Positions 9,552-21,000 are shown, counted from the stretch's first letter. The stretch: 64,000 nucleotides of DNA from an uncultured virus (IMG/VR IMGVR_UViG_3300005530_000001) (IMGVR_UViG_3300005530_000001); one strand, 5' to 3'. Made by a program: numbers and translations. The notes: generated by a model not told the origin, from the sequence alone.

Positions 9552-10259
9552 ATGCTCTTCACCTCTACGTTCACGGGCTCCGAGGACCCCCTCTCCGAGG
9601 GCGGACGCTGGCACCACCAGACCGCGCTCTGGTACAAGCTCAAGAAGGTGGCGGGGCTCCTGGAGCAGGTCCAGGCCAACGACGGCTTCAACGACAACTA
9701 CGCCTATCTCGACGGCTTCGATCCGAATGGAGACATTACCGTCATCGGCGAGTTGTTCATCAACACGGGCCTGCTCGACACGGTGTCGTCCGGCAATAGC
9801 TGGGAACTGGAACTCAACCTCCACCTGGGCGACGTGCCAGCCCCGCCGGATGACATGGCCACGGGCTATCAGTTTGACTGTTCGCTCGACGGCCCGCTGG
9901 GTGGCCCCTACAACGCCACCCTCGTCCCAGTCCGCTGGAACGGGCTGCAGGGTGATTTCCACGTCTACTCCGCGAGCGGCAGCGTGCTCGGCGTCGTGAC
10001 CGGCGATCGCATGAAGGTGGTCCTGGCGGCGGGGTCCAACACGGTGGAGGTGTTCTGGAAGCGGACCACCGATCCGGACTACGTCTCCCAGTACACCCAG
10101 GACCTGAGCGAGGCGGGGTCGCTCGCGCGGCTGCACGGCCAGCCGGGGGTGGCGCTGTTCAACCGCACCGCGGCGCAGATTGGCGCCGCCAGTTGGCAGT
10201 TCTACAGCGCCGATGACGGCATCGCGGCGGCCGTGACGAGCCTGCCGTGGATCGAGTGA
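9552..10259 (+). CDS. hypothetical beta-rich protein (possibly lectin-like virion protein)
   Basis: 235 aa acidic, aromatic beta-strand pattern; operon position. Confidence 0.5.
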   Translation: MLFTSTFTGSEDPLSEGGRWHHQTALWYKLKKVAGLLEQVQANDGFNDNYAYLDGFDPNGDITVIGELFINTGLLDTVSSGNSWELELNLHLGDVPAPPDDMATGYQFDCSLDGPLGGPYNATLVPVRWNGLQGDFHVYSASGSVLGVVTGDRMKVVLAAGSNTVEVFWKRTTDPDYVSQYTQDLSEAGSLARLHGQPGVALFNRTAAQIGAASWQFYSADDGIAAAVTSLPWIE

Positions 10260-10927
10260 CCGTGCTGTCGCTGGACCGACTCGCGTGGCGGATGGCCCCG
10301 TACCCGATCGGGTGCGCCACGGACGTGTTCGCGGCCGAGGCCTACGCGGCCCTGGTGGCCGCCTACCCCGACGAGAAGGTCTTCGCGCGCATGGGACAGG
10401 GCTACGAGAAGCTCTCGCTCTCGGAGCGGAACCATCCGCAGCAGTACGTCCAGGTGCTGACGACCGTGCCTATGTGGATGGCGTTCTACCGCTACATCAA
10501 GAGTCCGGACTTCCTGCTGACCGTCCACCGGGCGCTGAAGGCGCACGGGTTGAGCGTCTTGCGGGCGGGCCGGTTCACGAGCCGCTTCGAGTTCTCCTCG
10601 ATGCCGGGCGACGGCGGCCTGATCGCGCCTCACACCGATATTCCGTCCAAGGTGGTCACGCTCATCGTGCCGATGATGGCGGCCGGAGACTGGGACCCGG
10701 CGTGGGGCGGCGGGACTGATGTGCTCGTGCCGCAGCCAGGGGTCGAGCCGGTGGACTACCAGACGCCGCGGGCGCAGTTCGATCTAGCCCACAGCTACCC
10801 CTGTACCCCGAACCAGGCGGTGGTGTTCCTCAAGTCGGCGCACTCCTGGCACAGCGTGGGGCCCATCCAAGGGCCCCCCGGCACGTGGCGCCGCACCGTC
10901 ACCATCAACATCGAGCGAGTGGCATGA
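10256..10927 (+). CDS. 2OG-Fe(II) oxygenase
   Basis: PHTD (HxD), W...WGGGT, SWHSV (distal His), RRT..INI (2OG-binding Arg). Confidence 0.85.
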   Translation: MTVLSLDRLAWRMAPYPIGCATDVFAAEAYAALVAAYPDEKVFARMGQGYEKLSLSERNHPQQYVQVLTTVPMWMAFYRYIKSPDFLLTVHRALKAHGLSVLRAGRFTSRFEFSSMPGDGGLIAPHTDIPSKVVTLIVPMMAAGDWDPAWGGGTDVLVPQPGVEPVDYQTPRAQFDLAHSYPCTPNQAVVFLKSAHSWHSVGPIQGPPGTWRRTVTINIERVA

Positions 10928-11649
10928 CCACCGTCGCGATCAAGGCGGGCTCGGCGCGCTTCGTGGTGAGCCACGAGACCGCGATCGAGCGGGCCCGGGT
11001 GGAGACGTTCTTCACCAAGGAGCCGGGCACGCTGCGGTGGTTGCGCGAGCAGGTGCGCCCGGGCGATGTGCTGCTGGACATCGGGGCCAACATCGGGCTC
11101 TACAGCCTCTATGCGGCGGCCCTGCAGCCGGTCGAGGTCTATGCAGTGGAGCCTCATGTGCCGACGGCGGCGAGCTTGCTGCGCAACGTGTGGCTGAACG
11201 GGTGGCTCAGCCGGGTGCACGTGCTGACCTGCCCCTTGGCACTGGATGCAGGGTGGCAGAACTTCCACTACCGGGGCCTGGAGGCGGGCATCTCCGACAA
11301 CCAGTTCGGCCCGCACCCCGGCGTGTGCGTGGAGCCGAAGTACGGGGTGCCGGTCGATGATCTGCTGTTCGACAAGCTCATGCCCCAGCCGACGCTGGTC
11401 AAGATCGACGTCGACGGTAACGAGCCGGACATCGTGGCCGGGATGGGCTTCGCCTTGCAGGGCGTCCGCAGCGTACAGGTGGAAGTGAACCCCGGCCGCC
11501 TCGACCGGCTCGTCCAGCAGTTCGCCCGCGCCGGGCTCGTCAATCCCCAGCGGCACGATACCGCCCACGGCCGGGCGGCCCTGAAGGCCGGAGCCGCGCC
11601 GCAGTCCATCGCCTACAACCTTATCTTCACGCGCATCCAGGAGGGATGA
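10924..11649 (+). CDS. FkbM-family methyltransferase
   Basis: KEPGT, DIGANIGLYS, VYAVEP, KIDVDGNE motifs. Confidence 0.9.
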   Translation: MTTVAIKAGSARFVVSHETAIERARVETFFTKEPGTLRWLREQVRPGDVLLDIGANIGLYSLYAAALQPVEVYAVEPHVPTAASLLRNVWLNGWLSRVHVLTCPLALDAGWQNFHYRGLEAGISDNQFGPHPGVCVEPKYGVPVDDLLFDKLMPQPTLVKIDVDGNEPDIVAGMGFALQGVRSVQVEVNPGRLDRLVQQFARAGLVNPQRHDTAHGRAALKAGAAPQSIAYNLIFTRIQEG

Positions 11650-11882
11650 CCATGGCCGACAGCAAGAGCATCGCGTTGCAGGAGAAGATCGCCAAGCAGG
11701 AGCAGAAGATTGCCGCCGTGCGGGCCGACATCGCGCGGCTGGGGGCCAAGGGGCCGGAGGCGGCACCCAAGGTGGGCCGCCTCAGCGACAAGCTCAAGGC
11801 ACTACTGGCCGCGCTGGAGAAGACCAAGGCCGACCTGGCCGCCTGGTTGGCGCGGCAGGCCCAGGACATCCAGGCGCCCTGA
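11646..11882 (+). CDS. small coiled-coil protein
   Basis: 78 aa heptad pattern; GGAGG RBS. Confidence 0.55.
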   Translation: MTMADSKSIALQEKIAKQEQKIAAVRADIARLGAKGPEAAPKVGRLSDKLKALLAALEKTKADLAAWLARQAQDIQAP

Positions 11883-11887
11883 CGCGC

Positions 11888-12577
11888 GTGCGTCCGTTCC
11901 GGATCTTCATCGGCCACGATCCCCGCGAGATGCTGGCGGCGGCCGTGCTGGCGCACTCGATCAACGTCCGCGCGAGCCTCCCCATCGCGATCGTGCCGAT
12001 CAACCTGCGCCATCTCCAGGCCGTCTACACCCGGCCCCGGGGACCCCTGGAGGCCACCGAGTTCAGCATCTCCCGGTTCCTCGTGCCGTATCTTGCCGGG
12101 TTTGAGGGGGTCTCGCTCTATCTTGATTGTGACATGCTCTGCCGGGTCGACGTCGCCGAGTTGGCCGACCGGGCTGCCGCCCAGGCGGAGCCCTGGACGG
12201 TGATGCTGGTGCCCCACGACTACCAGCCCCGCACCGGCCACAAGATGGAGGGCCAGGTCCAGACGGTCTACCCGCGCAAGAACTGGTCCTCGCTCATGCT
12301 GTTCAACAATGCCGCGTGCCGGACCCTGACTCCCGCGTATGTGGCGACGGCCAGCGGTCTGGCGCTCCATCGCTTCCACTGGGCCCCGGACGCGGGCCTG
12401 ATCCCGCTGCCGCTGGAGTACAACTGGCTGGTGGGCGAGTACCCGCCGAATCCTGCGGCGAAGCTCTACCACTACACCCTCGGCGGCCCCTGGTTCGAGG
12501 ACTACCGCGATTGCGATCACGCCGCCGAGTGGCTCGCCGAACGCGATCATCTCCTGGGGGCCGTGCATGCCGCCTAG
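11888..12577 (+). CDS. GT8-like glycosyltransferase
   Basis: IFIGHDPRE, TEFS.SRFLVP, YLDCDM (DxD), YPRKNWSS.MLFN, HYT.GGPW. Confidence 0.85.
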   Translation: MRPFRIFIGHDPREMLAAAVLAHSINVRASLPIAIVPINLRHLQAVYTRPRGPLEATEFSISRFLVPYLAGFEGVSLYLDCDMLCRVDVAELADRAAAQAEPWTVMLVPHDYQPRTGHKMEGQVQTVYPRKNWSSLMLFNNAACRTLTPAYVATASGLALHRFHWAPDAGLIPLPLEYNWLVGEYPPNPAAKLYHYTLGGPWFEDYRDCDHAAEWLAERDHLLGAVHAA

Positions 12578-12830
12578 CATCACGGGCCTCCTCGATGACA
12601 ACGCGCTCGAACTGGTCGCCGCCTTTCTCGGCAACCTGGCCGACCTGCCCTTCGACGGCTACTTCGTGGATGGCGTCGACCTGGCCCTGCCCCCGCCGAC
12701 GACCGTCTTCCCCGCGACCTTCCCCGTGCGAGGCACCCCCTGGCACCCGGTCCTCGGCACGCCCTGGCCGCAGGTGCGCGGGCACACCTGGACCCCGGTG
12801 ACAGGCCGCGGCTGGCGGCAGATCCGATGA
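12567..12830 (+). CDS. hypothetical protein with C-terminal V.G.PW repeats
   Basis: four 7-aa repeats PVRGTPW/PVLGTPW/QVRGHTW/PVTGRGW; coupled to next gene. Confidence 0.5.
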   Translation: MPPSITGLLDDNALELVAAFLGNLADLPFDGYFVDGVDLALPPPTTVFPATFPVRGTPWHPVLGTPWPQVRGHTWTPVTGRGWRQIR

Positions 12831-13114
12831 TCCCGGTGCTGCAGAAGTACCCGACCGAGATCCGCACGGCGAGCTTCAGCTTCGTGGAGAAGCTGGCCCC
12901 CGGCGACACGCTGTCCGGCGCGATCACCATCACCGCGAGCGCGGGGCTCACGCTGATCGGCCCCACCGTCGACGTGGCCACCGCCACCGCCACCGTGCAC
13001 GTCAGCGGCGGCGCCGCGGGCCAGGACTATGAGGTGCGCTGCGAGGCGCCGACGACGGGCGGCGATCTGCTGCGCGAGGTGGTCGCCATCGAGGTGCGCG
13101 ACGATGCCAACTAG
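12827..13114 (+). CDS. fibre-tail adaptor-like protein
   Basis: K.P.E...SF.F...L..GDTL...VSGG..G..Y.V.C...T..G pattern of phage fibre adaptors. Confidence 0.65.
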   Translation: MIPVLQKYPTEIRTASFSFVEKLAPGDTLSGAITITASAGLTLIGPTVDVATATATVHVSGGAAGQDYEVRCEAPTTGGDLLREVVAIEVRDDAN

Positions 13115-13196
13115 GCCCCTCGGGCCCCGCCCGCGGCCCGTCTGCTCGCGCTGCGGCGCGCTCACCTGGGCGCAGTGCGCCTGTCGAGCCCGATGA

Positions 13197-13736
13197 ATGG
13201 CGCTGGACGAAAACGCGAAGGCCGCCAATGTCGTGGGCAGTCTCCAGCAGTACGTCCACGACAGCCTGGGCGACGTGCTCAATTCCTCGGACCCCGCCAT
13301 CGACTACGGCGGGGGCATGCCGTTCGAGGACAGTCGGCTGGCGCAGTGGATTCAGCTACGCATGATGGCCTTCGCCCGGCCCGCCTGGGGGCTCGGCCCG
13401 TTCGCCGGGCGCGCGGGCAACGATCCGGCGGCGGGGCGCGGCCAGGAAGGCTACTGGCTGCTCAACGTCAACTGCTTCGTGCGCGTGCAGCGCACGGGGA
13501 CGGGCGGGGCCCTCGACAACCTCGCCCTGCTGCGCTTGCGCGATACCGTGCTGGGCGCGCTCATGCCGGGCACGCGCATCCGCGTGAAGGACTACGTCGG
13601 CACGCAGGAGACGCTCGGCTATCTCTTCCTGGACAGCATCCAGGAGGACCGCGCGGTGCCCGACCCGAACCGCGAGGAACTCTTGCAGCACAACCTGGTG
13701 TTCTGGCTCCGGTGGACGGAGACCTGGACCCCGTAA
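13197..13736 (+). CDS. tail terminator/completion-like protein
   Basis: 179 aa; WIQL, L.VNCF, QHNL.F.LRW pattern; position before the chaperone. Confidence 0.5.
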   Translation: MALDENAKAANVVGSLQQYVHDSLGDVLNSSDPAIDYGGGMPFEDSRLAQWIQLRMMAFARPAWGLGPFAGRAGNDPAAGRGQEGYWLLNVNCFVRVQRTGTGGALDNLALLRLRDTVLGALMPGTRIRVKDYVGTQETLGYLFLDSIQEDRAVPDPNREELLQHNLVFWLRWTETWTP

Positions 13737-13787
13737 TGCCGCACTCACCGACCACGGACGGCCCCGGGCCGTCGGAGCGTACACACC

Positions 13788-14327
13788 ATGACGGCCAAAT
13801 ATCGCGAAGTTAACATCGAGGACATCCACGAGGAGGACGCCTTCTCTGCGTGGGGCTACGTGACCCTCAAGGTCCAGCGCGGCGACGAAGTGCTGGGGGT
13901 CAAGGTCAAGATCACCTCCGTGCCCCAGGAGATGGTCGACAGCCTGCGGAAGAAGGCGCCGAAGCCGCCGACCAAGACGGTGATGCTCGATCCCACCAAT
14001 CCGGATCACGCCGCGCTCGGGATCACGACCCGGCAGAAGGCGATGATCCCGGACTACAACGATCCGGAATACCGCCAGGCCTCCGAAGAGCACGACCTCT
14101 CCTTCCGCCGCGAGGTGGTCGGCCAGGGCGTGGCCTCCAGCTTGCGTCTGAAGGACGGCAGCAAGGCCGAGGCGCCCGAGCAGCGCTACCGCGCCCTGGA
14201 AGAGCGGGGGCTCAGCGGCGTGCACTTCACCGAGATCGCGACCCAGATCCTCCAGTTGACCCAGTGGTCCGAGGAGGAGCGGGCAAATTTTTTGACGAAG
14301 TCCTCGGCCGGAACACCGGAGAGCTAA
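13788..14327 (+). CDS. tail assembly chaperone (short form)
   Basis: P.PP...PDYNDPEY motif; ends ANFL over a slippery site; upstream of the tape measure gene. Confidence 0.75.
   Translation: MTAKYREVNIEDIHEEDAFSAWGYVTLKVQRGDEVLGVKVKITSVPQEMVDSLRKKAPKPPTKTVMLDPTNPDHAALGITTRQKAMIPDYNDPEYRQASEEHDLSFRREVVGQGVASSLRLKDGSKAEAPEQRYRALEERGLSGVHFTEIATQILQLTQWSEEERANFLTKSSAGTPES
14285..14294 (+). promoter_or_regulatory. -1 programmed ribosomal frameshift site (A AAT TTT / T TTT TTG)
   Basis: X XXY YYZ heptamers in frame with the chaperone; -1 frame open to 14521. Confidence 0.8.
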
Positions 14328-14521
14328 CCGGCCACGTTACCGGCCGGTTCTTCTACTGGGAGATGCTCCTCGCGTTCGGGCTCACGGACAGCGCCTTCAA
14401 GGCCCTGCCGCGGTCGGAGCGCGAGGAGATGTGGGCCTGGTGGCAGTGGCGGCACGAGATGAAGCACCAGCTTGAGGAGAAACAGCGCATGGAGCAGGGC
14501 CGCGGCGGGGTCTCGATGTGA
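14291..14521 (+). CDS. frameshift extension of tail assembly chaperone (long form 13788-14521)
   Basis: -1 frame reads FDEVLG...FGLT...F..LP..EREEMWAW, typical of chaperone extensions. Confidence 0.7.
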   Translation, partial: FDEVLGRNTGELTGHVTGRFFYWEMLLAFGLTDSAFKALPRSEREEMWAWWQWRHEMKHQLEEKQRMEQGRGGVSM

Positions 14522-15012
14522 CCGAGCCCAAGAACTGGGCGAGTGAGTTCCCGAAGTACGCCGACTTCCAGCGGTTTCAGGCCGCGGGGGCCGCCGCGTC
14601 GATTGAGTTCGACATGCGGGGGATGAACGAGTTGCTGTCGGGGCTTTGGATCTCCGGCAACCTCATGGAGGAGGAACTCAAGAAGATCGCCTTCGAGATG
14701 CTCGCGCGGATTGCCGCCCGGACTCCGGTGAAGACGGGGCGGGCGCGCAACTCCTGGCACGTCATCGGACCGAATGAACAGGACAGCTACAGCTACTCCG
14801 ACGACCAGGGCCACGCCTTCGATGGGTCGACGGGCGACGCCGCCGGGCCGCTGGAAGCTATCGTCACCAGCAACGTGCCCTACATGCTGAGCCTCGAAGC
14901 GGGGCACTCGCGGCAGGCTCCTCACGGCATGGTCGCGGTGACCATCGCCGAATTTCATGATGCGCTGAATGCGCGGGTCGAGGCGATCCTGCGCGAAGGG
15001 TTCGGTGGCTGA
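14518..15012 (+). CDS. HK97 gp10-like tail completion protein
   Basis: RTPVKTGRARNSW and NVPY...LE.GHS.QAP.GMV motifs. Confidence 0.85.
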   Translation: MTEPKNWASEFPKYADFQRFQAAGAAASIEFDMRGMNELLSGLWISGNLMEEELKKIAFEMLARIAARTPVKTGRARNSWHVIGPNEQDSYSYSDDQGHAFDGSTGDAAGPLEAIVTSNVPYMLSLEAGHSRQAPHGMVAVTIAEFHDALNARVEAILREGFGG

Positions 15013-18000
15013 TGCTCAGCGACATCGGCGCCCGACTCACGCTCGATCCCGGAAACTGGGAGTCGAACTGGAAGCGCGCCACCGAGGTCGTGAACGGGTC
15101 GGTCGGCCAGATCGGCCAGCAGGTGTCCCGCGTCGGGACCTCCCTGAATGGCATCGGCACGTCGGCCACGGGCATGTCGGACAAGTTCGATACGGCGTTC
15201 AAGAAGACGCTCAAGAACCTAGACGACATGCTGAAGAAGACGGAGGACATCAATAAGTTCGTCGCGGGTGGCAACGGCCCCTTCCGGAATTTCATCGTCG
15301 GGCTGGAAGACACGGGCACCGCCGCCGCCAAGCTCACCAGCATGATCGGCCCGGCGCTGACCACCGTGGGCACCGCCGCCACCGCGGCGGGGGCGGCGCT
15401 CTTGGGCGTCGCTGCGCTCGGCATCAAGGCGGCGGCGGATTTCCAGTCCGCCTTCACCGATGTCGAGATCGCGGTCAAGCTGAGTGACACCGCCACCGCG
15501 AGCGCCGCGGAGCAGTACAAGGAACTGGCCGAGAACCTCCACGATCTGTCGGTACAGACCGGCATGTCGGCCGAGGACCTGGCCAAGCTCGCGGGCGAGG
15601 CCGGGGTGCTGGGCGCCAAGGGCGTCGAAGGGATCACCGACTTCGTCGCGGCCGTCACGAAGATCGGCATCGTCACGGGGATCTCCGCCGACCAGGTCGC
15701 CCTCGGCATGGCGCGGATCACCCAGTCCTTCGGTCTCGGGCTCGAATCGACCATGCAGTTGGGGAACGCGCTGGAATCACTGCGCAAGACCACCACCGCG
15801 ACGCCCCAGGCGATCCTCCAGTTGACGGAGTTGATCGCGCCGATGGCCGACAGCCTCGGCATCTCGGCCCAGGCCGCCATGGGATTGGCCGCGGCCATGG
15901 CCGGGACCGGTGGCCAGGCGTTCTATGCCGCCAACGCCTTCAACACCATGGGCGCGGCCATGCAGAAGGCGGCCATGGTCGGGGGCGGCCTCGGCAGGCT
16001 CTTCGCCGACGTGATGAACCTAGCCGACGGCTCCATCCGCTCGACCGAGGATTTCGCGCGCGTGCTGGAGCAGGACGGGACGAAGGCTATCACGCTGTTC
16101 ATCGAAGGTCTTGGGAAGCTCGCCAAGAACCAGCTAGAGTTCAACGCCACCCTGGATCAGTTGGGGCTCGGCAGCGCGCGCTACCGGCGCATCATCCTCG
16201 AACTCGTCAAGACGACGGGCGAGGGGGCCGACGCGCAGAGCCTGCTGCGCGCCAAGGTCCAGCAGTCGACCGAGGCCTTCGCCAACGGCAATCAGGTCGC
16301 CGAAGATTTCGCGAAGAAGATGTCGGGCCTCAACGATTCCTTCAAGCAGTTGTGGCAGGCGGTCCAAGCGGGCCTGATCACGGCCTTCATGCCGTTCCTC
16401 GATCTCGCCGAGAAGGGCGTGCGGGCGCTCACGGCCTTCGTCAATGTCCTCCGCGAGCACCCCCTACTCCTCCAGTTCGCGGCGGGACTGACGATTGTCG
16501 GGGGCGTGACGTTGACCACGATCGGCAGCTTCGCGCTCTTCGTGCGCGTGGGCCTCGAAGTTGTGAAGACCTTCGGCGAACTCGCCGCCGCCTACCGCGC
16601 CTACCAGGTCGCCGTCGCCGCAGGCGAGAGCGTCGGCATCCTGAAGACGTTGGCCTTCGGCTGGGCCAACGCGAGCGGCGCCGCCGTCACGGGCATCCGC
16701 GCCATCATCGCGGCCCTGACGGGCCCCTCCGGGCTCATGGGGGCCTTCGCCCTGCTGAACACGGCGCTTGGGCCGACCGGCTGGGTGATCCTGGGGCTCG
16801 TGGCGCTGGGCAGCGCGCTCTACTACCTGGAGACGCGGTACGGCGCCCTCTCGAAGATCCTCGACAAGATCAACGCCATGCAGGCGCCGGACTGGATGAC
16901 CAAGGGCCTCCAGAATGCGCCCGATGCCCGGGCCATTCCGGGGGAGCCGGACGAAGGGGCCTACGATCGGTTCATCCAGCAGCAGGAGCGCCTCAAGGAT
17001 TCGATCCTCGAAGTGGAAGAGGGGGTCTCCGAAGAGTGGCTCGCGATCGTGAACTGGACCCGCGGCGTGACCGCGAATGCGACGCCCGCCGCCCAGTCTT
17101 TCAGCGACCATCTTCGCGACGTCGCCGACCAGGCGGACAAGCTCACGAAGAAGCTCGATGACATCGACACGATCAACAAGGCCATTGCCAATAAGGGCAA
17201 GGGCGGGCCGTCGATCGAGGCGGGTTTCCCAGAGCAGTTCGCGCTCGCGGAAGCGCAGGTCAAGGCGCAAGCGGCGGCGGCTGAGCGGGCGCGCCAGGAG
17301 CAGGCCGCCTTCCTGGGGCTCAGCGTGACCCGGGGGACCACGGGCACCGTCGAGCAGATCGACCTGACCATCAAGGCCTACGAGCAGGCCCAGGCCGACG
17401 CTTTCACGGAGTATCAGCAGACGCTTGAGAAGATGGACAAGCACGCCGCGGATGTCGATCGCAAGAGCCTGGCGGCCAAGGAGGCCTACAACCAGCGGGT
17501 CTCGCAGTTGACCGTGCAGCTTCTCGGAGAGACGGGCAAGCGAATCGAGGCCGTCCGCCAGCAGACCGAGGACGCGTATCAGTTCGAGCAGGGCCTGATC
17601 GACAAACTCGCGGGCCTCTACGAGAACGACCTCGAAGCCTTCCAGCGGACCAACGCCGAGAAGCTTCGGGACGAGGAAAAGACCCAGATCGCGCGGGCGT
17701 CGAAGGAAGGCCTGCTGAAGGGGTTGGGCGACTTCGGCGTCGATGAACTCACGGCAGCCCTTAATAAGGGCCAGGAGTATTTCGAGCGGTACGTGGCCGC
17801 GATTGCCGAGCAGGCGCCCGAGGCGGCTGCTCGCCTCCTGCGCATCGCCGCCGCCTACAAGGTCATCGCGGCCGAGCAGTTCACCCTCACGAAGCAGGTC
17901 GAGGCCTCGCGCGACTCGCTCAATGGGGCCGCCGCGGGCGTGGGCGCCTACGGCGAGGAGTTCTTCAAGCAGACCGAGAGCTTCAACAAGTACCGCATGG

Positions 18001-21000
18001 CCTACGCGGCGCTCGATGAGGTTCAGCGCCGCAACATCGACACACTCGCGCGGGCCCGGGCCGAGATCGAACGGAACAACGCCAGCGAGAAGATCCTCAA
18101 GGATCTGCACGACAGCGCGCTGCCGGGGCTCATGGCCGAGAGCGACGCCTTCGGCAGGATCGGAATTGCCGCCGACGTGGCGCGCCAGGCTCAATTGACG
18201 TACCACACCGCCGTCGAGAATCTGACCGAGGCCGAGCGCGGGCTCCTGACGGTCCAGCAGCAACTCATCGTCCTCACGCAGGCGCGGAAGCAGGCCGCCG
18301 ATCTGTTCTACGCCGTGGGCATCCCGCAGTACCAGGGCGAGGTCCTGGCTCTGCGGGCCGCCGAGATTCAGCGCGACCAGGCGATCCTCCAGAGCGCGCT
18401 CAGCACCTATCAGACCATCAACGACTCGCGCCAGAAGAGTGACCAGTTACATGCCCAACTGCTCGCGGCCCAGGGCCAGGAGGAAGGCGACTTCTGGAAG
18501 TTCATTACCGGGCAGGTCCAGGGCGCCGCGGCCAACATGGACACCGTCTGGCAGGGGCTCGGCAAGATGATGGTGGACACGTTCGGGAACGTCCAGCGGT
18601 CGCTGTCCGACGTGTTCTTCAACGTCTTCACGGGCCAGGCCAATAGCCTCAAGGACGTGTTCAAGAACCTGCTGAACGCGATGCTGCGGAGCTTGGCGGA
18701 CTTCCTGGCGTCCGCCACCGTCAAGGCCTTCCTGAGCTTCCTGGGCAATCTGATGAACGGGCAGGGGGCGGGCGAGGCGGCCGGGAATGCGGTCGGCAGC
18801 CTCTTCGCCACGCCGACCTCCGGTGGGCAGGCGGGGTCACTCACGGGCCTGGCCGGGACAGCCGTCAGCGGCATTGCGGCGGCGCTCAAGGCTTTCGGGA
18901 TCGGTTCCGGTTCCGGTAGCACGCCGACGATGACGTCGACGGGCGGGACGGCGTCGTCCAACCCGCTCGGGGTCTCAGGCGGCACCACGCTCCAGAGCCC
19001 GCTGGCTGGCCTGGGGAGCATCACGGGCCTCGGATCGGGGAGTGGCTCGACCGACATCGCGAGCACGATCTACAGCCTGTCGCAGGGGATGTCGCTCCCG
19101 GACTTCAGCACTCCGGCCTTCGACTTCTCCTCTACGTTCGGCTCCTACACCAACGAGTATTACGCCGAAGGCGGGCGGGTGCCCGGGGCGGGCCGCGGCG
19201 ACATCGTCCCGGCCATGCTGGAGCCGGGGGAGTTCGTGGTGCGCCGGACCGTGGCCGAGAGCCTCGGCCCGGCGCTCGATCTCATCAACGGCGGCGGCCG
19301 GGGCCAGGTCATGGGCGGGCGCCTGCATTTCGCCACGGGCGGCAGCGTGGACCTCTCGGGGCTCAGCGGGACCCAGAGTGCGGCCCTGCTCCAGGCCATG
19401 CTCCTCATCCAGGCCCAGCAGTTGGCCAGCCAGCAGCAGACGGCGGCGAACACCGGACAGACCGCGGTGGCCCTCACGGGCAGCCAGGCCCCGGCCCCGA
19501 CGTCCGGATCGACCCAGATCATGGGCACGGGCGGCGCGGCGACGGCAGTCACGGTGGGCGGCAGTGGGGCGGCGTCGAGCCCCAGCGGGGGGAGCGGCGG
19601 CGGGATGCCGTCGCCGGGGGCGGCCCAGTTCCTCGCCAGTATCGCCCCCTACGCCAAGCTCGGCGGCGAGACGGCGAAGCTCAGCAATCTCTTCTTCAAC
19701 CCGGGCGGCGAGTCGGGCAAGGCGCTCACCACGAACCTGAACGCCCTCCTGGGGACGGTCTTCGGCGGCTTCAACCTCGCCAGCGGCGTCGCTACCGGCA
19801 ACACGATGCAGACCGTGAGCGGCGGGCTTGGGCTGGCCAGCGGCATCACGAACTTCACCGGGGTGCAGTCCTTCCTCAACAGCACCTTCGGCTCTTCACT
19901 GCTCGGGAGCGGAAGCACGGCGATCGGGGCCGGGCAGATCGCCAGCAGCGTGCTCGGCGCGGCCAGTGGCGGCCTCGGGCTCTACGGCAACATCTCCGAC
20001 ATGATCAAGAACGGGGCAAGCTTCGGTAGTGTCGCCTCGGCCATTCTGAATGCCTACCAGATCTACGCCGCGGCGGCGCCCGTTGTGGGGGCGGCCACCG
20101 GAGTCGGGCTGCCCACCATCGGCGGTGCGCTCAGTTCCCTCGGCACGACGCTCAGCGGCACCGCGCTCGGCAGTGCCCTCGGCATCGGCGCGGGCGTGGG
20201 CGCCCCGGTCGCGGGCGGCGCGGCCGGGCTCGGGGCGGGGGTGGCGGCGGCCGGAGCAGGTGCGACGGCGGCGGCGGCGGGCTCGGGGGCGGCGTTCGCC
20301 GCCATCCCGGCGGGCGTGACTGCGGGGATTGTGGCGGCGCCGCTCCTGATCGGCGTGATCGTTAAGATGATCACCGACATCGAGGAGAAGAATCGGGCGG
20401 ATGCGCGGATCTTCCGGGCCAAACAGGACCTGCGTACCGTCATCCCGCAGATCATCGACCAGGTCCCGAAGGTCGCCCAGCAGACCTGGGGCATCGTCAA
20501 CGACCCGAACTCGACGCCCGCGCAGATCCGCGCGGCCTTCGATGCCGCCGCGAGCAGCTACGACCTCTTCAACACCTACGACAACTACTTCAAGACCGGG
20601 ACCGGCGCCTACGGCATGGTCAAGGTCCCGCAACTGATCCAGATCGGGCAACAGTTGCAGCCCTTCCTGGACATGATGCAGGTGGGCATGATCCGGGGCG
20701 CCGATCGGCTCGCCACGACCGCGCCGAGCCTGGTGCCGACGGGCAGCCGCTACCTCGATCCGATGCAGTTGGCCCAGAACGTGGGCGTCCCGCTGTCGAG
20801 TGACAACGCGCTCGTGCAGGGGCTGCAGACGAACATGCCCGGCCTCGGAACGGATCTCGTCTCCGGACTGTCCATCGCGCCGGGCGGCTACCTCGTGCCG
20901 ACCGACATCTATAACCAGGTCGTGGCCAACGTCCAGCCCGGACACCTGGAGCAGTCGCTGGCGGCGCTCTCGACGCTCTACGGCGGCGCCCTGCCGGATT

